A stretch of DNA of 64,000 nt from Histomonas meleagridis 2922-C6/04-290x. Its lineage: Eukaryota; Protista; Parabasalia. The DNA is taken from the NCBI GenBank assembly GCA_020184695.1, contig JAANOX010000026.1, positions 62,001-126,000 of the forward strand. The letters run 5' to 3'. A program made the position numbers and the translations under genes. Numbering within the stretch: the first letter of the stretch is position 1; each line of letters opens with the position of its first letter. The notes beneath the pieces are model-generated. The model had not been told where the DNA came from. It ran no database searches and saw only the letters and a program-made list of their open reading frames with translations. Positions 41,516-51,899 of the stretch are shown piece after piece.

Positions 41516-43093
41516 TTATTCTTTTGAGTCGATTAATTGTATAAATCTATTCTTTAAATCTATTTCCTTCAAATGACAGCTCCACAATCTTTCTATTAAT
41601 TCATCGTCGCTTAATTTCTCTATATTTAATATTTTGTTCTCATTTTCATCACTAATTTCCACAACTCCTGTTATCGTAACTATACCTGGTCCAATCACGA
41701 AAATTGTTGCGTTCATATTTTTTGAGATAACAAATTCCATTACTTGGTCATTATTATTCTCGAACAACACTAAAGGCAAAGGTGTTCTAATATGTTTTTT
41801 CTCATTATCATTTTTCAACCCATCATAAAGCGTTGTTACTAAAGTTGGTCTATTTCTATCCCAACCATCGATATGAGCCTTTATTAATTTAATTCTTTTA
41901 ATATTATCATTAAATTCAGGAGTAATACTTTCATCTTGTTTTACTTTATAAATGATTTGATTATTTTCTTCATTATTTTGTTCTTCTTCTTCTTCTTCAT
42001 TGTTTATATTATTCTCCATTTGCATTCTTAAATCATTTAAGTTTGGTATAATTCGATGTAATTTAATATGATGAATATCGCCAATTAAATCTAATAAATC
42101 ATATTGACATAATGGACATTTGGTATGACCTATAATCCATTGCTGTAAACATGAAGTATGATAACAATGTTTACATGGTAATCGTTTCGCTTCCCCTATT
42201 AACATTTGCCCTCGACATATAATACAATTATCTTCATTCATTAAATCTTCGATTGTTGCATTTGGGAGTTTTTCTTCGAGGACTTTTGTTAACTTTTTCC
42301 ATTTGATATACGTGGAAATTGTGTTTAATATTGTAAATAATAAATAAATGGACTCAACTAAACATAAAGATAAAACTAATATATTTAATTTATAGGCAAA
42401 TATAAAACGTAAAATGAAAATTAATAACTGGAAAAAAATATCACGAATAAAATCTAGTCGAATACTTTCATAACTTTGGCCAAAGTTCGCAATGTCTAAA
42501 AATATAATGACATGCTTAAAGAAATCTGATAGAAATGTGTTGGAGGATTGGATGTTTTCTAAAAAAAGATAAAAATTATATGGAGTAGGTTGCTCCATGC
42601 AAAATTTGTAAAATCCAAATGATGAGTAAAGTGATAAGAAAAAGAGAATAACTTGAAAAATAAATAGTTTGGCATGTGAGGTAATTGAGTAATACTGTTT
42701 TCCTAGTGAAAAATTATTTACTTTGGAACTAATGATAATGGAAAAATATCGGAATCCAAAACAAAGGCCAATATAAAATAATACTGATGCATTACAATCA
42801 AGGTTGAGAAAGAACATTGGATATAAAAGATCAAGTAAAATGAATTTTGTTTCATCATTAGCTTCTCGAAGTTGAGGTGGAGTTAAATTACCAAGGAAAA
42901 ATTTTGTTGATCCGCAAATTAACTCTATTGATAGTGATAGTAATAAATTCAAGAATAAAAATTGATTAAATTTTGAATCAAAAAATGAAATAAATGCATT
43001 AAAAATATCACGAGTTGACATGTAGCTTATGACCATTGTTGAAATAAAAATTGAAATCGAAATTAGTGTATAAATTGGATTTATTAGCTTCAT
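41516..43093 (-). CDS. HRD1/synoviolin-like multi-TM RING-H2 E3 ligase with extra C-terminal beta domain
   Basis: About 6 TM, LPNATIEDL, CIIC…LPCKHCYHTSCLQQW…CPLC. Confidence 0.85.
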   Translation of the reverse strand: MKLINPIYTLISISIFISTMVISYMSTRDIFNAFISFFDSKFNQFLFLNLLLSLSIELICGSTKFFLGNLTPPQLREANDETKFILLDLLYPMFFLNLDCNASVLFYIGLCFGFRYFSIIISSKVNNFSLGKQYYSITSHAKLFIFQVILFFLSLYSSFGFYKFCMEQPTPYNFYLFLENIQSSNTFLSDFFKHVIIFLDIANFGQSYESIRLDFIRDIFFQLLIFILRFIFAYKLNILVLSLCLVESIYLLFTILNTISTYIKWKKLTKVLEEKLPNATIEDLMNEDNCIICRGQMLIGEAKRLPCKHCYHTSCLQQWIIGHTKCPLCQYDLLDLIGDIHHIKLHRIIPNLNDLRMQMENNINNEEEEEEQNNEENNQIIYKVKQDESITPEFNDNIKRIKLIKAHIDGWDRNRPTLVTTLYDGLKNDNEKKHIRTPLPLVLFENNNDQVMEFVISKNMNATIFVIGPGIVTITGVVEISDENENKILNIEKLSDDELIERLWSCHLKEIDLKNRFIQLIDSKE

Positions 43094-43159
43094 TTTATTT
43101 GGGGTGTCCTTTTACGAACGTTAATCCGTAATTACACATAACATATCCTCATAAAGGAA

Positions 43160-45748
43160 ATGGACAATGAATTTGCATTTTATATTGAATGTCTAGAAAA
43201 TATCACATCAAGTGACGAAATGACAAGAAGTAAAGCAACAGAATTTGTTCAACATATATATTCTACAGATGTATTTAAAATAATCGAATATTCAATAAGA
43301 ATTATTCAATCAGATGAAATATTTAGTATTAACGTTATCATGCAATCTCTTATTTTAATTCAACGAATTTTCAAGCCAACACGTGCACAAACAAAAAATT
43401 TATTAATGAATCGTTGGAATACGAATTTAAAACAAGAAATGCGAGATGGAATCAAATCATCTGTGATACGTGGGTTATTTTATGAAAATTTAAGTATTCG
43501 ACAAACGGCAGCTTATTGTTTTTCTTTAATATATTTTCTTGATGAAAAAAATGGTTTTCGAGAAGAAGTTTTAGGTATTTTAACTGAGCCATTTGGTAAT
43601 CCGAGCTATGGTTTACATGCCACAATGGGATGTTTTTATGCGATAAATGAATTAGTTCAAGCAAATCTCATCAGTAGGAAAACACCATACCATGAATTAG
43701 CCACCAAGCGCATCTCCGAAACTTTTGTTTCTCTTTTACAAGAGCCAAATCTTTTACCGGAGAATGAATTTATTTTATTAATTGACATTTTTGCCAATAT
43801 TTTCCTTATCTTTGGTGACATGTTTCAAAGCTCCAATAATCTTTCCTTGTTAGTTCAATTAATTAATCAAAAAATGGGGCAATTTCAAGCCCCACCACAT
43901 CATACAGTTTTCTATCGTTTATTGTATTCAATTTTCGAACGTTTTTATATAGACGTAGGACCAACTATGGGAATTATCTTTAATATTACTGCGTCATCAT
44001 TACAATGTGGGAATCCAGATCTTATTATTCCATGTTTAACCTTTTTGGATAATGTTAGTAAATATGAAAACAAAATTCAACAAAATCATAAAGATATATA
44101 TGATTCGATAGCTTTCACAGAAAAGTCTTTTAATATATTATCACAATTTCTTGTTGAGATAATTCAAGCAAATAGTAATCCCGAACCTAATGAAGATGAA
44201 TTTAATGGAACTGGTTTAAGCTCAATTGCAGCTAATAGTTTTAAGAACATTAGTACTTTATGTGATAACTCATTAAGTTTTATCTGTAATTTCTTCGAAT
44301 CGAATTATAATAATCCAGATTTTAGTATTCGTAACACTTCAGTTTTGTTATTACTTGCATTATTAGATAATAATTCGAAAGGTTATGTCAATCGATTACA
44401 ATTTTTTCAAATTCATTTCGAAGCAATCTTAAATATGGTTAATGATCCGAATATAGTAATTCAAGATTCAGTTATATTTATCTTACGAAAACTCATAAAT
44501 GAATTCGTTGAGTTTCGAAATCCCGAAATATTAAAAATGATAATATTTACTTTAAAAGAACATCAAAATCAAGAAATACTTTTAATAAGGACGTGTGAAT
44601 TTATTTGTGAATATTCGAACATATGTAAACGGATTAAAGAGTATTGTGATGATTTCTTTTATAATGAATGTTTAATACTTGAGTTAAACATATTTTATCG
44701 AAATGATCAAATAAATGAAAATGTTGTCTCTAATTCATGTGAATGTCTTGTTTCTTTAATCGAAGTTGCACCTGATGAACGAATGAATCAATTAGCTGAG
44801 TTATTACGCTCAATGATTGATCAAATAAATCAAATCATTCAAGCAAGTTCACAAGTGCTCGACAAACATATTCCACATTTATTAATACGTTTTCGATGTA
44901 TAATAATATATGGAATATCGAAACGATTAAAAGAGAAAATCAAATTCATCGGTAATGATTTGATTCAATGTTTAATAAATTGTTTATCTATACATAGTAC
45001 CATTATACATGAAGAAGCTCAATCAGCTTTAGCTTATGTAATCGATGGTATTGGAGTTGATGTTTTTAATCGCGCACAAGAAATCGTGAGACTTTTAATA
45101 GATTCACAAAACTCTGGCGCGCCAAGTTTAATAGTTTTGAGTGCAATCGTATTCCAACATTTGTTTAAAGCTTTGCCAGGGAAAATTCCTTTGGAAGTTT
45201 GTAAACAAATCATCGATAAGTTCGGAGTGAATTTGCATAATTCCATTTTATCAATAGAACAAAAATTTTATATTCTGGATGCTATCGGTGAAATGATATC
45301 TTCGATTGGATCTGATGGGCTTCAATTATTCGACGTGTACTTGTTGGAATTGAATGGCGTACAAAATATTGAGCTGGATATTAGAAATAGAAACGATTTC
45401 GAAATCGCTTCGCCTTTGTTCCATTCTTTGGTCCACGGTTATAAGTGTATCGTTTCGGTTGCTATGAATAATGAATACATTGAAAAAGTGGTGAAAAGTT
45501 ATAAACAAATAACCGGCGCATTCAAAAAAATTTCCGATTTTAAGAAAGCTATAAATGATGTTGTGTTACAGGACATATTGGAATTCTTGGAGTTGGTGTT
45601 AAGTAATCCTGGGTTTGCGATGAGAATTAATCAACATCTAACATATAAAGCAATTGCCGATATTTTGGATTATTGCTTGTCAACATTTAAAGATTCAGAA
45701 ATTGCATTTAGAATTGAAAATATAAAGAAAATTTTACCAAATGCATAA
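43160..45748 (+). CDS. Importin-beta/karyopherin-like HEAT-repeat protein
   Basis: 862-aa all-helical ORF with an importin-N-like start. Confidence 0.7.
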   Translation: MDNEFAFYIECLENITSSDEMTRSKATEFVQHIYSTDVFKIIEYSIRIIQSDEIFSINVIMQSLILIQRIFKPTRAQTKNLLMNRWNTNLKQEMRDGIKSSVIRGLFYENLSIRQTAAYCFSLIYFLDEKNGFREEVLGILTEPFGNPSYGLHATMGCFYAINELVQANLISRKTPYHELATKRISETFVSLLQEPNLLPENEFILLIDIFANIFLIFGDMFQSSNNLSLLVQLINQKMGQFQAPPHHTVFYRLLYSIFERFYIDVGPTMGIIFNITASSLQCGNPDLIIPCLTFLDNVSKYENKIQQNHKDIYDSIAFTEKSFNILSQFLVEIIQANSNPEPNEDEFNGTGLSSIAANSFKNISTLCDNSLSFICNFFESNYNNPDFSIRNTSVLLLLALLDNNSKGYVNRLQFFQIHFEAILNMVNDPNIVIQDSVIFILRKLINEFVEFRNPEILKMIIFTLKEHQNQEILLIRTCEFICEYSNICKRIKEYCDDFFYNECLILELNIFYRNDQINENVVSNSCECLVSLIEVAPDERMNQLAELLRSMIDQINQIIQASSQVLDKHIPHLLIRFRCIIIYGISKRLKEKIKFIGNDLIQCLINCLSIHSTIIHEEAQSALAYVIDGIGVDVFNRAQEIVRLLIDSQNSGAPSLIVLSAIVFQHLFKALPGKIPLEVCKQIIDKFGVNLHNSILSIEQKFYILDAIGEMISSIGSDGLQLFDVYLLELNGVQNIELDIRNRNDFEIASPLFHSLVHGYKCIVSVAMNNEYIEKVVKSYKQITGAFKKISDFKKAINDVVLQDILEFLELVLSNPGFAMRINQHLTYKAIADILDYCLSTFKDSEIAFRIENIKKILPNA

Positions 45749-46806
45749 AAAAAATAGATAATAAATCCTTTATTCTACTTAAGTAGTTTTAATTTTTTTT
45801 TAAATCATTTTCATGTCCGTGAAATAAATGTGAAAATAAACAAAAATTTTAATGTTGTTGCAATAGCAATAAAAACAAAAAGTTTAAGTTCGACTTTTTT
45901 ATCAATTCCTTTTTGATTAGCATGTAAATTATATATATCTTTTTTACATTACATTTTATTAAACATTAGTATTATACTCTGTTTATATAATTTATACATC
46001 CATACACATATTCTATTAAAAAGAATTTGGATTCAATCTATATAATTACTAAATAAATATATTTCGAAACCGATTTTCTTTATTTTAACTTTTAGGCTTT
46101 TTTCAATGGATTTTAATCGTATTTTTTGATTGTAAACAACATTATTTCAATAAATAAAGATAATTACAAAATATAAACCCAAGAATAGAGCTGAGATACA
46201 ACATTAATTATAATTTTGCATTATAGAAAAATTCTAAAATTTGGATTTCAAATGACTAGAACTTTATAAATAACTAATAAAAATCAAAAACAGCTAAATA
46301 CTTATTTATATATTAGAATTTGTAATAATGTAATAGAACGATTTTTTCATTATTTTAATATAAAATTTAATTGTCTGTCATATTTTATCAAAAATTTTAA
46401 TATTTCAATAAATAATAAGTACATCATTATGTAGAGATATTGTATATTTTTAATCGTAAGTATTACATTCAACCACCGAGATTTCTTGGGAAAAAATAAA
46501 TTTCCGAGGAGACCGTTTAGACCGATCCTCTAAATATATTTTTTGTTAAAGGGGTAATAGTTGCAATCCCTTTGGCAATTTTTCCTATAGTACTTACAGG
46601 TCCAGGTAGTTTTCCGATTAAAAGTATTTTACTTATATTTTCAGCAACCGGTTTCATCTCATTATTGATAACATTCCCTACTAAACCGGTTCAAATAATC
46701 CGACATTACGATAGATTGAAAATTGACATGAATTTTTGTAAACTTGTTAAAATTGACAATGAGATTAATGTCGAAATAGTTTCTAAAATCTCTTATATGT
46801 TCTTGT

Positions 46807-48042
46807 TTATATATTTATATATTTCATGCAACTTTTTAGTTCTCTAAGGAGGTAATCATCTTGTCTTCTTCTTAATGAGGTAAACCATCTGTTTTTACAC
46901 TGTAAATGATCTCTTTCATCAGCATACTTTGAAGTTATTTTCCAATGGTGACCATGAGAACGCACTAATTTATATAAGAGATCATCTTCTTCTTGTGTCC
47001 ATAGTTTCCTTGTTCTTGTTTTACTCATAGCTTTATATTCACCTGTCATATCTAAAAATCGGAAAATTGATAACCCATCCATTTCCAAACACAGTTCTAA
47101 ACGTTCACGAAATCTCAAACAAAGTTTGTTAATTAGGTCCGACGATAAATTATCCCAAATTTTTTTGATGACATCTATCAACTCGTCCTTGGTTTGTGGG
47201 TTCGCCTCGGTAACAGCTCTTTTCATGATAGCCCATAGTAGATCTATCGGATCGAGATCTGGAGAATTGGCGGGCCAATCAGCAATTACATCCATAAATC
47301 TTTCCAACCAATCCATTGTTGCAGCAGAAGTATGCGAGCGTGCTCCGTCCTGCATGAATAACCATCCATATTCACCATATTTTTTGTTCATTTCTTCGAT
47401 GAATCCAGACTCAAGAATATTCAAAATATAAGTATCAGAATCCACAGAACCATCAATAATTACCAAATTGCTTTTAATATCAACAGATTTAACACCAAAA
47501 ATCATTACAGAAACAGGAAATTACGTTTCATTAATTACTGAGTTTTTTGTAAAATCACCTTTTCGAATCCAGACCCATCGGTTATCATTCCCAAGGACAA
47601 ACCTGGATTCATCTGAAAAGGCAATTTTGTCAAGATAAAAATCTTCATTCAACATTCTTTGGCAATATTTTTTACGATTATGTATTTGCTTTTCTGTCAA
47701 ATCTTGTTGATGTTTTGGTGGTTTAAAATGAAAATTCATATCATTTCTGAGTTTTGAAATATATTGTGGTGTTACTGATATACCAAAATTATATTTAACA
47801 CATTCTGACAACACTCTTGAAGGCTGTGCTGCATCTAGTAATGTATTAATTTCAATAAATTTTTTAATATCTTCTGTAATTTTTGGTTTAGCACCTCTTT
47901 TTACTGGTGATGGTATTTTACCAGTTTCATTGTATTCATTTATTACTCTTCCTACCCTATGGCTACCCACATGTAGGATTTGAGTTATTTGTTGGTGCGT
48001 ACAACCATTTTGATAAAGATCAACAATGGATTTTTCGACCAT
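46807..48042 (-). mobile_element. Tc1/mariner (IS630-Tc1) transposase with C-terminal Myb/SANT domain, one in-frame stop
   Basis: IAFSDESRF, FMQDGARSHTS, WPANSPDLDPIDLLW. TAA at 47521-47523 splits a single frame (ET*FPVSVMIFG). Tail LWTQEEDDLL…W…HLQCKNRW. Confidence 0.88.
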
Positions 48043-48604
48043 TTTTTTAATAAACGGTATTAATTCAAAATATTCAATGACTTGACTCAATGTCGAATTA
48101 TTTGAACAAGTTTACTTTTTCTACAGGTTTAATAATTTTATTTTTGATCCAATTACCAGCTTTTTTTAAGCCATTTTTAATTTTATTCCATGCTCCCCAA
48201 GCCATTAATAATTAAAAAATAAATTTTATATGTTTTTTGTTTAAATATAGGTTGAATTATATATCATCAGTTACATTAAAGATTTTATTTAATAGTATTT
48301 TTTTTTTCAAAGGTTTAGTATTTTGTAAAGTTTTTCGATTCTTTTGAATTACTTTATAACTTAAGCTTCTAAATTTTTTTTAACACTTTCTTTTAGAATA
48401 AGTAGAACAGGTTTTAATAAAGCACCTACTTTTTTTAATACCATTTTTAATTTTATTCCAAACTCCCCAAGCCATTAATAAAGCAGTGAAGGATTAATTT
48501 CATTATAATCTTATTGAAGTTTATATACAAATTACAAAACCAAAAATAAAATTACAAATAATTACAACTTTATTTAAACGCATTTTATATCTATATACAA
48601 TATT

Positions 48605-51424
48605 TTATGAGCACATAACGGACATGAAAAACGTTTTCACTACGTTTTGTTTTCTTGGTGAATTAGGTAATGTTTCTGTAATCACTAAACCCAAATCACA
48701 TTTCAAATCGTTTGCCACATGCAAAGCGAATTTAATCAACCAAATTATATAATCGGAGTTAATTTTATGGCAATAACGAATTGATTTTCCCACTGACAAC
48801 AAACGAATTATACCTTTTAATAACTCAAATTTAATTTGCGGGTCGAAAGAATCGAATTTCGGCGCATTATTAATCAACAAATCACAAATTTCATGTGTCA
48901 CAATTTTAATTGAAGTTGGGAAATTTCGAATTGCCGAAATAAAGATCTCATTATTTATCACATTATTAATACCCAAATAAAACAACAAACATGACAAATA
49001 TGATTTCGATTGATTCATGGCGGAGTTTTCTTGAATAGAAATCCAAAATTGTATCAAAATGTTCATTTTCTCTTCATTCAAGAAGTTAATTGATTTAAAA
49101 ATCGCTTCTTTAATACATAACAATGAACTACTTGCATCTAAGTTCGAGCGAACCTTTTGTAATATGACAAATGCATCATTAATTAATTGTTGTGCCATGT
49201 TAATTTCGATTAAGTTTTGTTTGAAACATTCGGAGAATATGAAGAACGTGTAATGTGAATAATATAAAGGGTTTTCTTTAGTTTTAATGAATAATTGATT
49301 CAAAAACATTTTTATGTTTTCCGGAATTTCGGTCTGAAATGCTTTGATCATAAATGTACATAAACTACATAACGAACCAATGAAATTAGTAAATATTTCA
49401 CTTGAAAATGATTGGAATATTGGCATTATTTGTTGCGATATTTGCACCCGATTTTCAAGTGGACTTCTTTCTTTTAACATAGACCTTAACATTAATATGT
49501 TATACTTAAATAATGCCTTCGATTCATCTAAAAATAAAGAGTTACAAATAGTTTGTGTTAATTGGATTTGGATCTCAAGAGGAAATTGCCAAATGATTTT
49601 CTTGATACATAAACTCGCAATTTTATATTGCTTTAAAAGTTTATGTTGGGTTATAATGTTTAATAACAAATTTATGAAATTCTCTTTGCCGGGTATGTTT
49701 TGGGATGATGTTTTAAATATTTCGGATAATAATAGTGGCTCATAACTCGTGGAAAGCTTGGAATCACGTACTGAATAAAATATTAAATCTTGATAAAATG
49801 GAATTAATGAATTGTTATATTTGCCAAAGGTACATTTAATGAACTTAATTAAACCTATTGACATCGTCTTTCGTAGCGCTTTGTTTTGTGATGTTAATGC
49901 TTGAAATAATGTGCCAATTGCAACATTTGCAATTGAAAAACACATATCAGCATCATTTTGAAATAATGAACATAATAGATATGCAGCTGATATCCTAATG
50001 CTGATATCTCTTTTAGAATTTAAGACTTCGGCTATTATATTTATTAAAATATCAATTTGTTCATCCGGTATAAAATGTGGACAAATTGATATGGAGTCTG
50101 CTATTATTTCAAAAATCGGTGATATTTCGGTGATTTTTACTAAGTTTAATATCGATACAAATTTATTAAAAATCCAAGAAATGTCAACAAAATTTGAATG
50201 AGAATATTTGTACGAGAAATTGACTGCTTTATTACGAATAAACTCATTTCCGTTTATTAATAATTCAATGATATCGTTAAAGATTGACTCGAATGACAAA
50301 TAACTTGCTAAAGGTTTCCCAACAATAATTTCAAGAATTTCGAAACTTGCCTTTATCATTAAGATATTATTCGATTGTAAAAAAGGATGTAAAAATTCTA
50401 GATCATTCAGAATTTCATGTGATAAATCAGGTACATTATCTATTAAATAAGCAAGTGAATATAACCCAAACACTTGAAGCGGAGGATTACCTGATTGAAT
50501 CAGTGGCAAAGTATTATCTTTTATTATATTAAATCCCGGAATTCTTAATTCCGAATATTCAAACATTCGTTGATACAAAAAAAATAATGACGGATCAATA
50601 TCATCTGTTTCATTAATAAATATCAATTGGAATTGTAATAATTGTAATTGTAACATTTGAATGGTGGAAAACATTTCTGGTTTAAAATGTGATATTATAA
50701 ATTGGAAACATGAAACGCGTAAATCAAATTCGTTTTGTTCATTCTGTAATAGTAAAAACGAAGTTTCTAAAAATGGAACTGAAAATTCAAATGGTAAATC
50801 AATCAAATAGCCCCAAAATAAACTCGATGGTTGCTCAGCAGATAGTGAAACAAATCTGCCTATGAATGTACTAAAAAATTCTTGTGAACGAAATGATATT
50901 AAATATGATGTAAATAATGATAAACTGACTAATATGCATTCTTTAATAGATGATTCTAATGCGACATTGATTGCATTGGTAACAAATTGATGGAACTCGA
51001 GTATAGGTTCAATCTTGTTGAGAAATAATATAATAAAATAATTTAATAAGGGATTAAGTGAATTTAAATATCCAAAAATAAATTCTTTGGAAAATTGTAA
51101 CTCTTTGGAAATAAAATCAAAAATATCAGCGATGATTGGTGATAAAAAAATTGGATCTTGGGGAATTATTATCGGTATTAAAACATATAAAATAAAATTT
51201 GAAATCATTTCTTTTTCTTGGTCAACCATTTTGTTGAACTTAAGGTTTACAACTCTTTTAAAAAAAACAACAGCTGATCTTCGAAACTCATTTGAATTTT
51301 GAATAATTCCAATTAATAAGTCCATTGAATTTAATGAAATGGATATGATTTGCTTTCCACTAGAATCAGGATCCTGATTTTGTGGATCTAAAAAAATCGA
51401 GAAAAGCTGAAGAAGTTGTTCCAT
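48605..51424 (-). CDS. HEAT-repeat protein (importin-beta-family-like)
   Basis: 939-aa helical, Leu/Ile/Phe-rich ORF. Confidence 0.65.
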   Translation of the reverse strand: MEQLLQLFSIFLDPQNQDPDSSGKQIISISLNSMDLLIGIIQNSNEFRRSAVVFFKRVVNLKFNKMVDQEKEMISNFILYVLIPIIIPQDPIFLSPIIADIFDFISKELQFSKEFIFGYLNSLNPLLNYFIILFLNKIEPILEFHQFVTNAINVALESSIKECILVSLSLFTSYLISFRSQEFFSTFIGRFVSLSAEQPSSLFWGYLIDLPFEFSVPFLETSFLLLQNEQNEFDLRVSCFQFIISHFKPEMFSTIQMLQLQLLQFQLIFINETDDIDPSLFFLYQRMFEYSELRIPGFNIIKDNTLPLIQSGNPPLQVFGLYSLAYLIDNVPDLSHEILNDLEFLHPFLQSNNILMIKASFEILEIIVGKPLASYLSFESIFNDIIELLINGNEFIRNKAVNFSYKYSHSNFVDISWIFNKFVSILNLVKITEISPIFEIIADSISICPHFIPDEQIDILINIIAEVLNSKRDISIRISAAYLLCSLFQNDADMCFSIANVAIGTLFQALTSQNKALRKTMSIGLIKFIKCTFGKYNNSLIPFYQDLIFYSVRDSKLSTSYEPLLLSEIFKTSSQNIPGKENFINLLLNIITQHKLLKQYKIASLCIKKIIWQFPLEIQIQLTQTICNSLFLDESKALFKYNILMLRSMLKERSPLENRVQISQQIMPIFQSFSSEIFTNFIGSLCSLCTFMIKAFQTEIPENIKMFLNQLFIKTKENPLYYSHYTFFIFSECFKQNLIEINMAQQLINDAFVILQKVRSNLDASSSLLCIKEAIFKSINFLNEEKMNILIQFWISIQENSAMNQSKSYLSCLLFYLGINNVINNEIFISAIRNFPTSIKIVTHEICDLLINNAPKFDSFDPQIKFELLKGIIRLLSVGKSIRYCHKINSDYIIWLIKFALHVANDLKCDLGLVITETLPNSPRKQNVVKTFFMSVMCS

Positions 51425-51899
51425 TTGAAGGTTTTACAAAAAGCTTATTTTAAAAGTGGCGTTATTTAATGTGTTTGGATTTTAAAAAAATTTTCAAATT
51501 CGAAAATATTTATTTAAACAAATTTAATTTGCGATTGACTTATAGAATGCTAGCTTGAGGTACGTTTTTCAATTCCTTTTATTCTTTATCACACCTCATA
51601 TTATTCTTCGAATATAAATTCAATTTTAATTTGGAAAAATTATAGTTAATAATAAATGGAATATATTGTATATACAATATAAATGAGTTTTTAAAATTTT
51701 TTAATTAGGGGAAAATTATATTTTAAAAATTTTCATACGTAAAACTTGACTTCTTAGTAATGAACCAAAATGATGATTTAAAAAATAATTACATATTATA
51801 AAACATAATCAACTTTACTTTATTGTCAACTCAGAAGCACTTCGAAAGCTTAGGAAAGTTTCTGATAAGAAAAATAGATACGAGCATTTACTATGTTAT

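Noticed and set aside
48605-51424. Numerous 60-130 aa plus-strand ORFs within the HEAT gene (and similar ORFs opposite other genes)
   Set aside because: Antisense shadows with no recognisable motifs.
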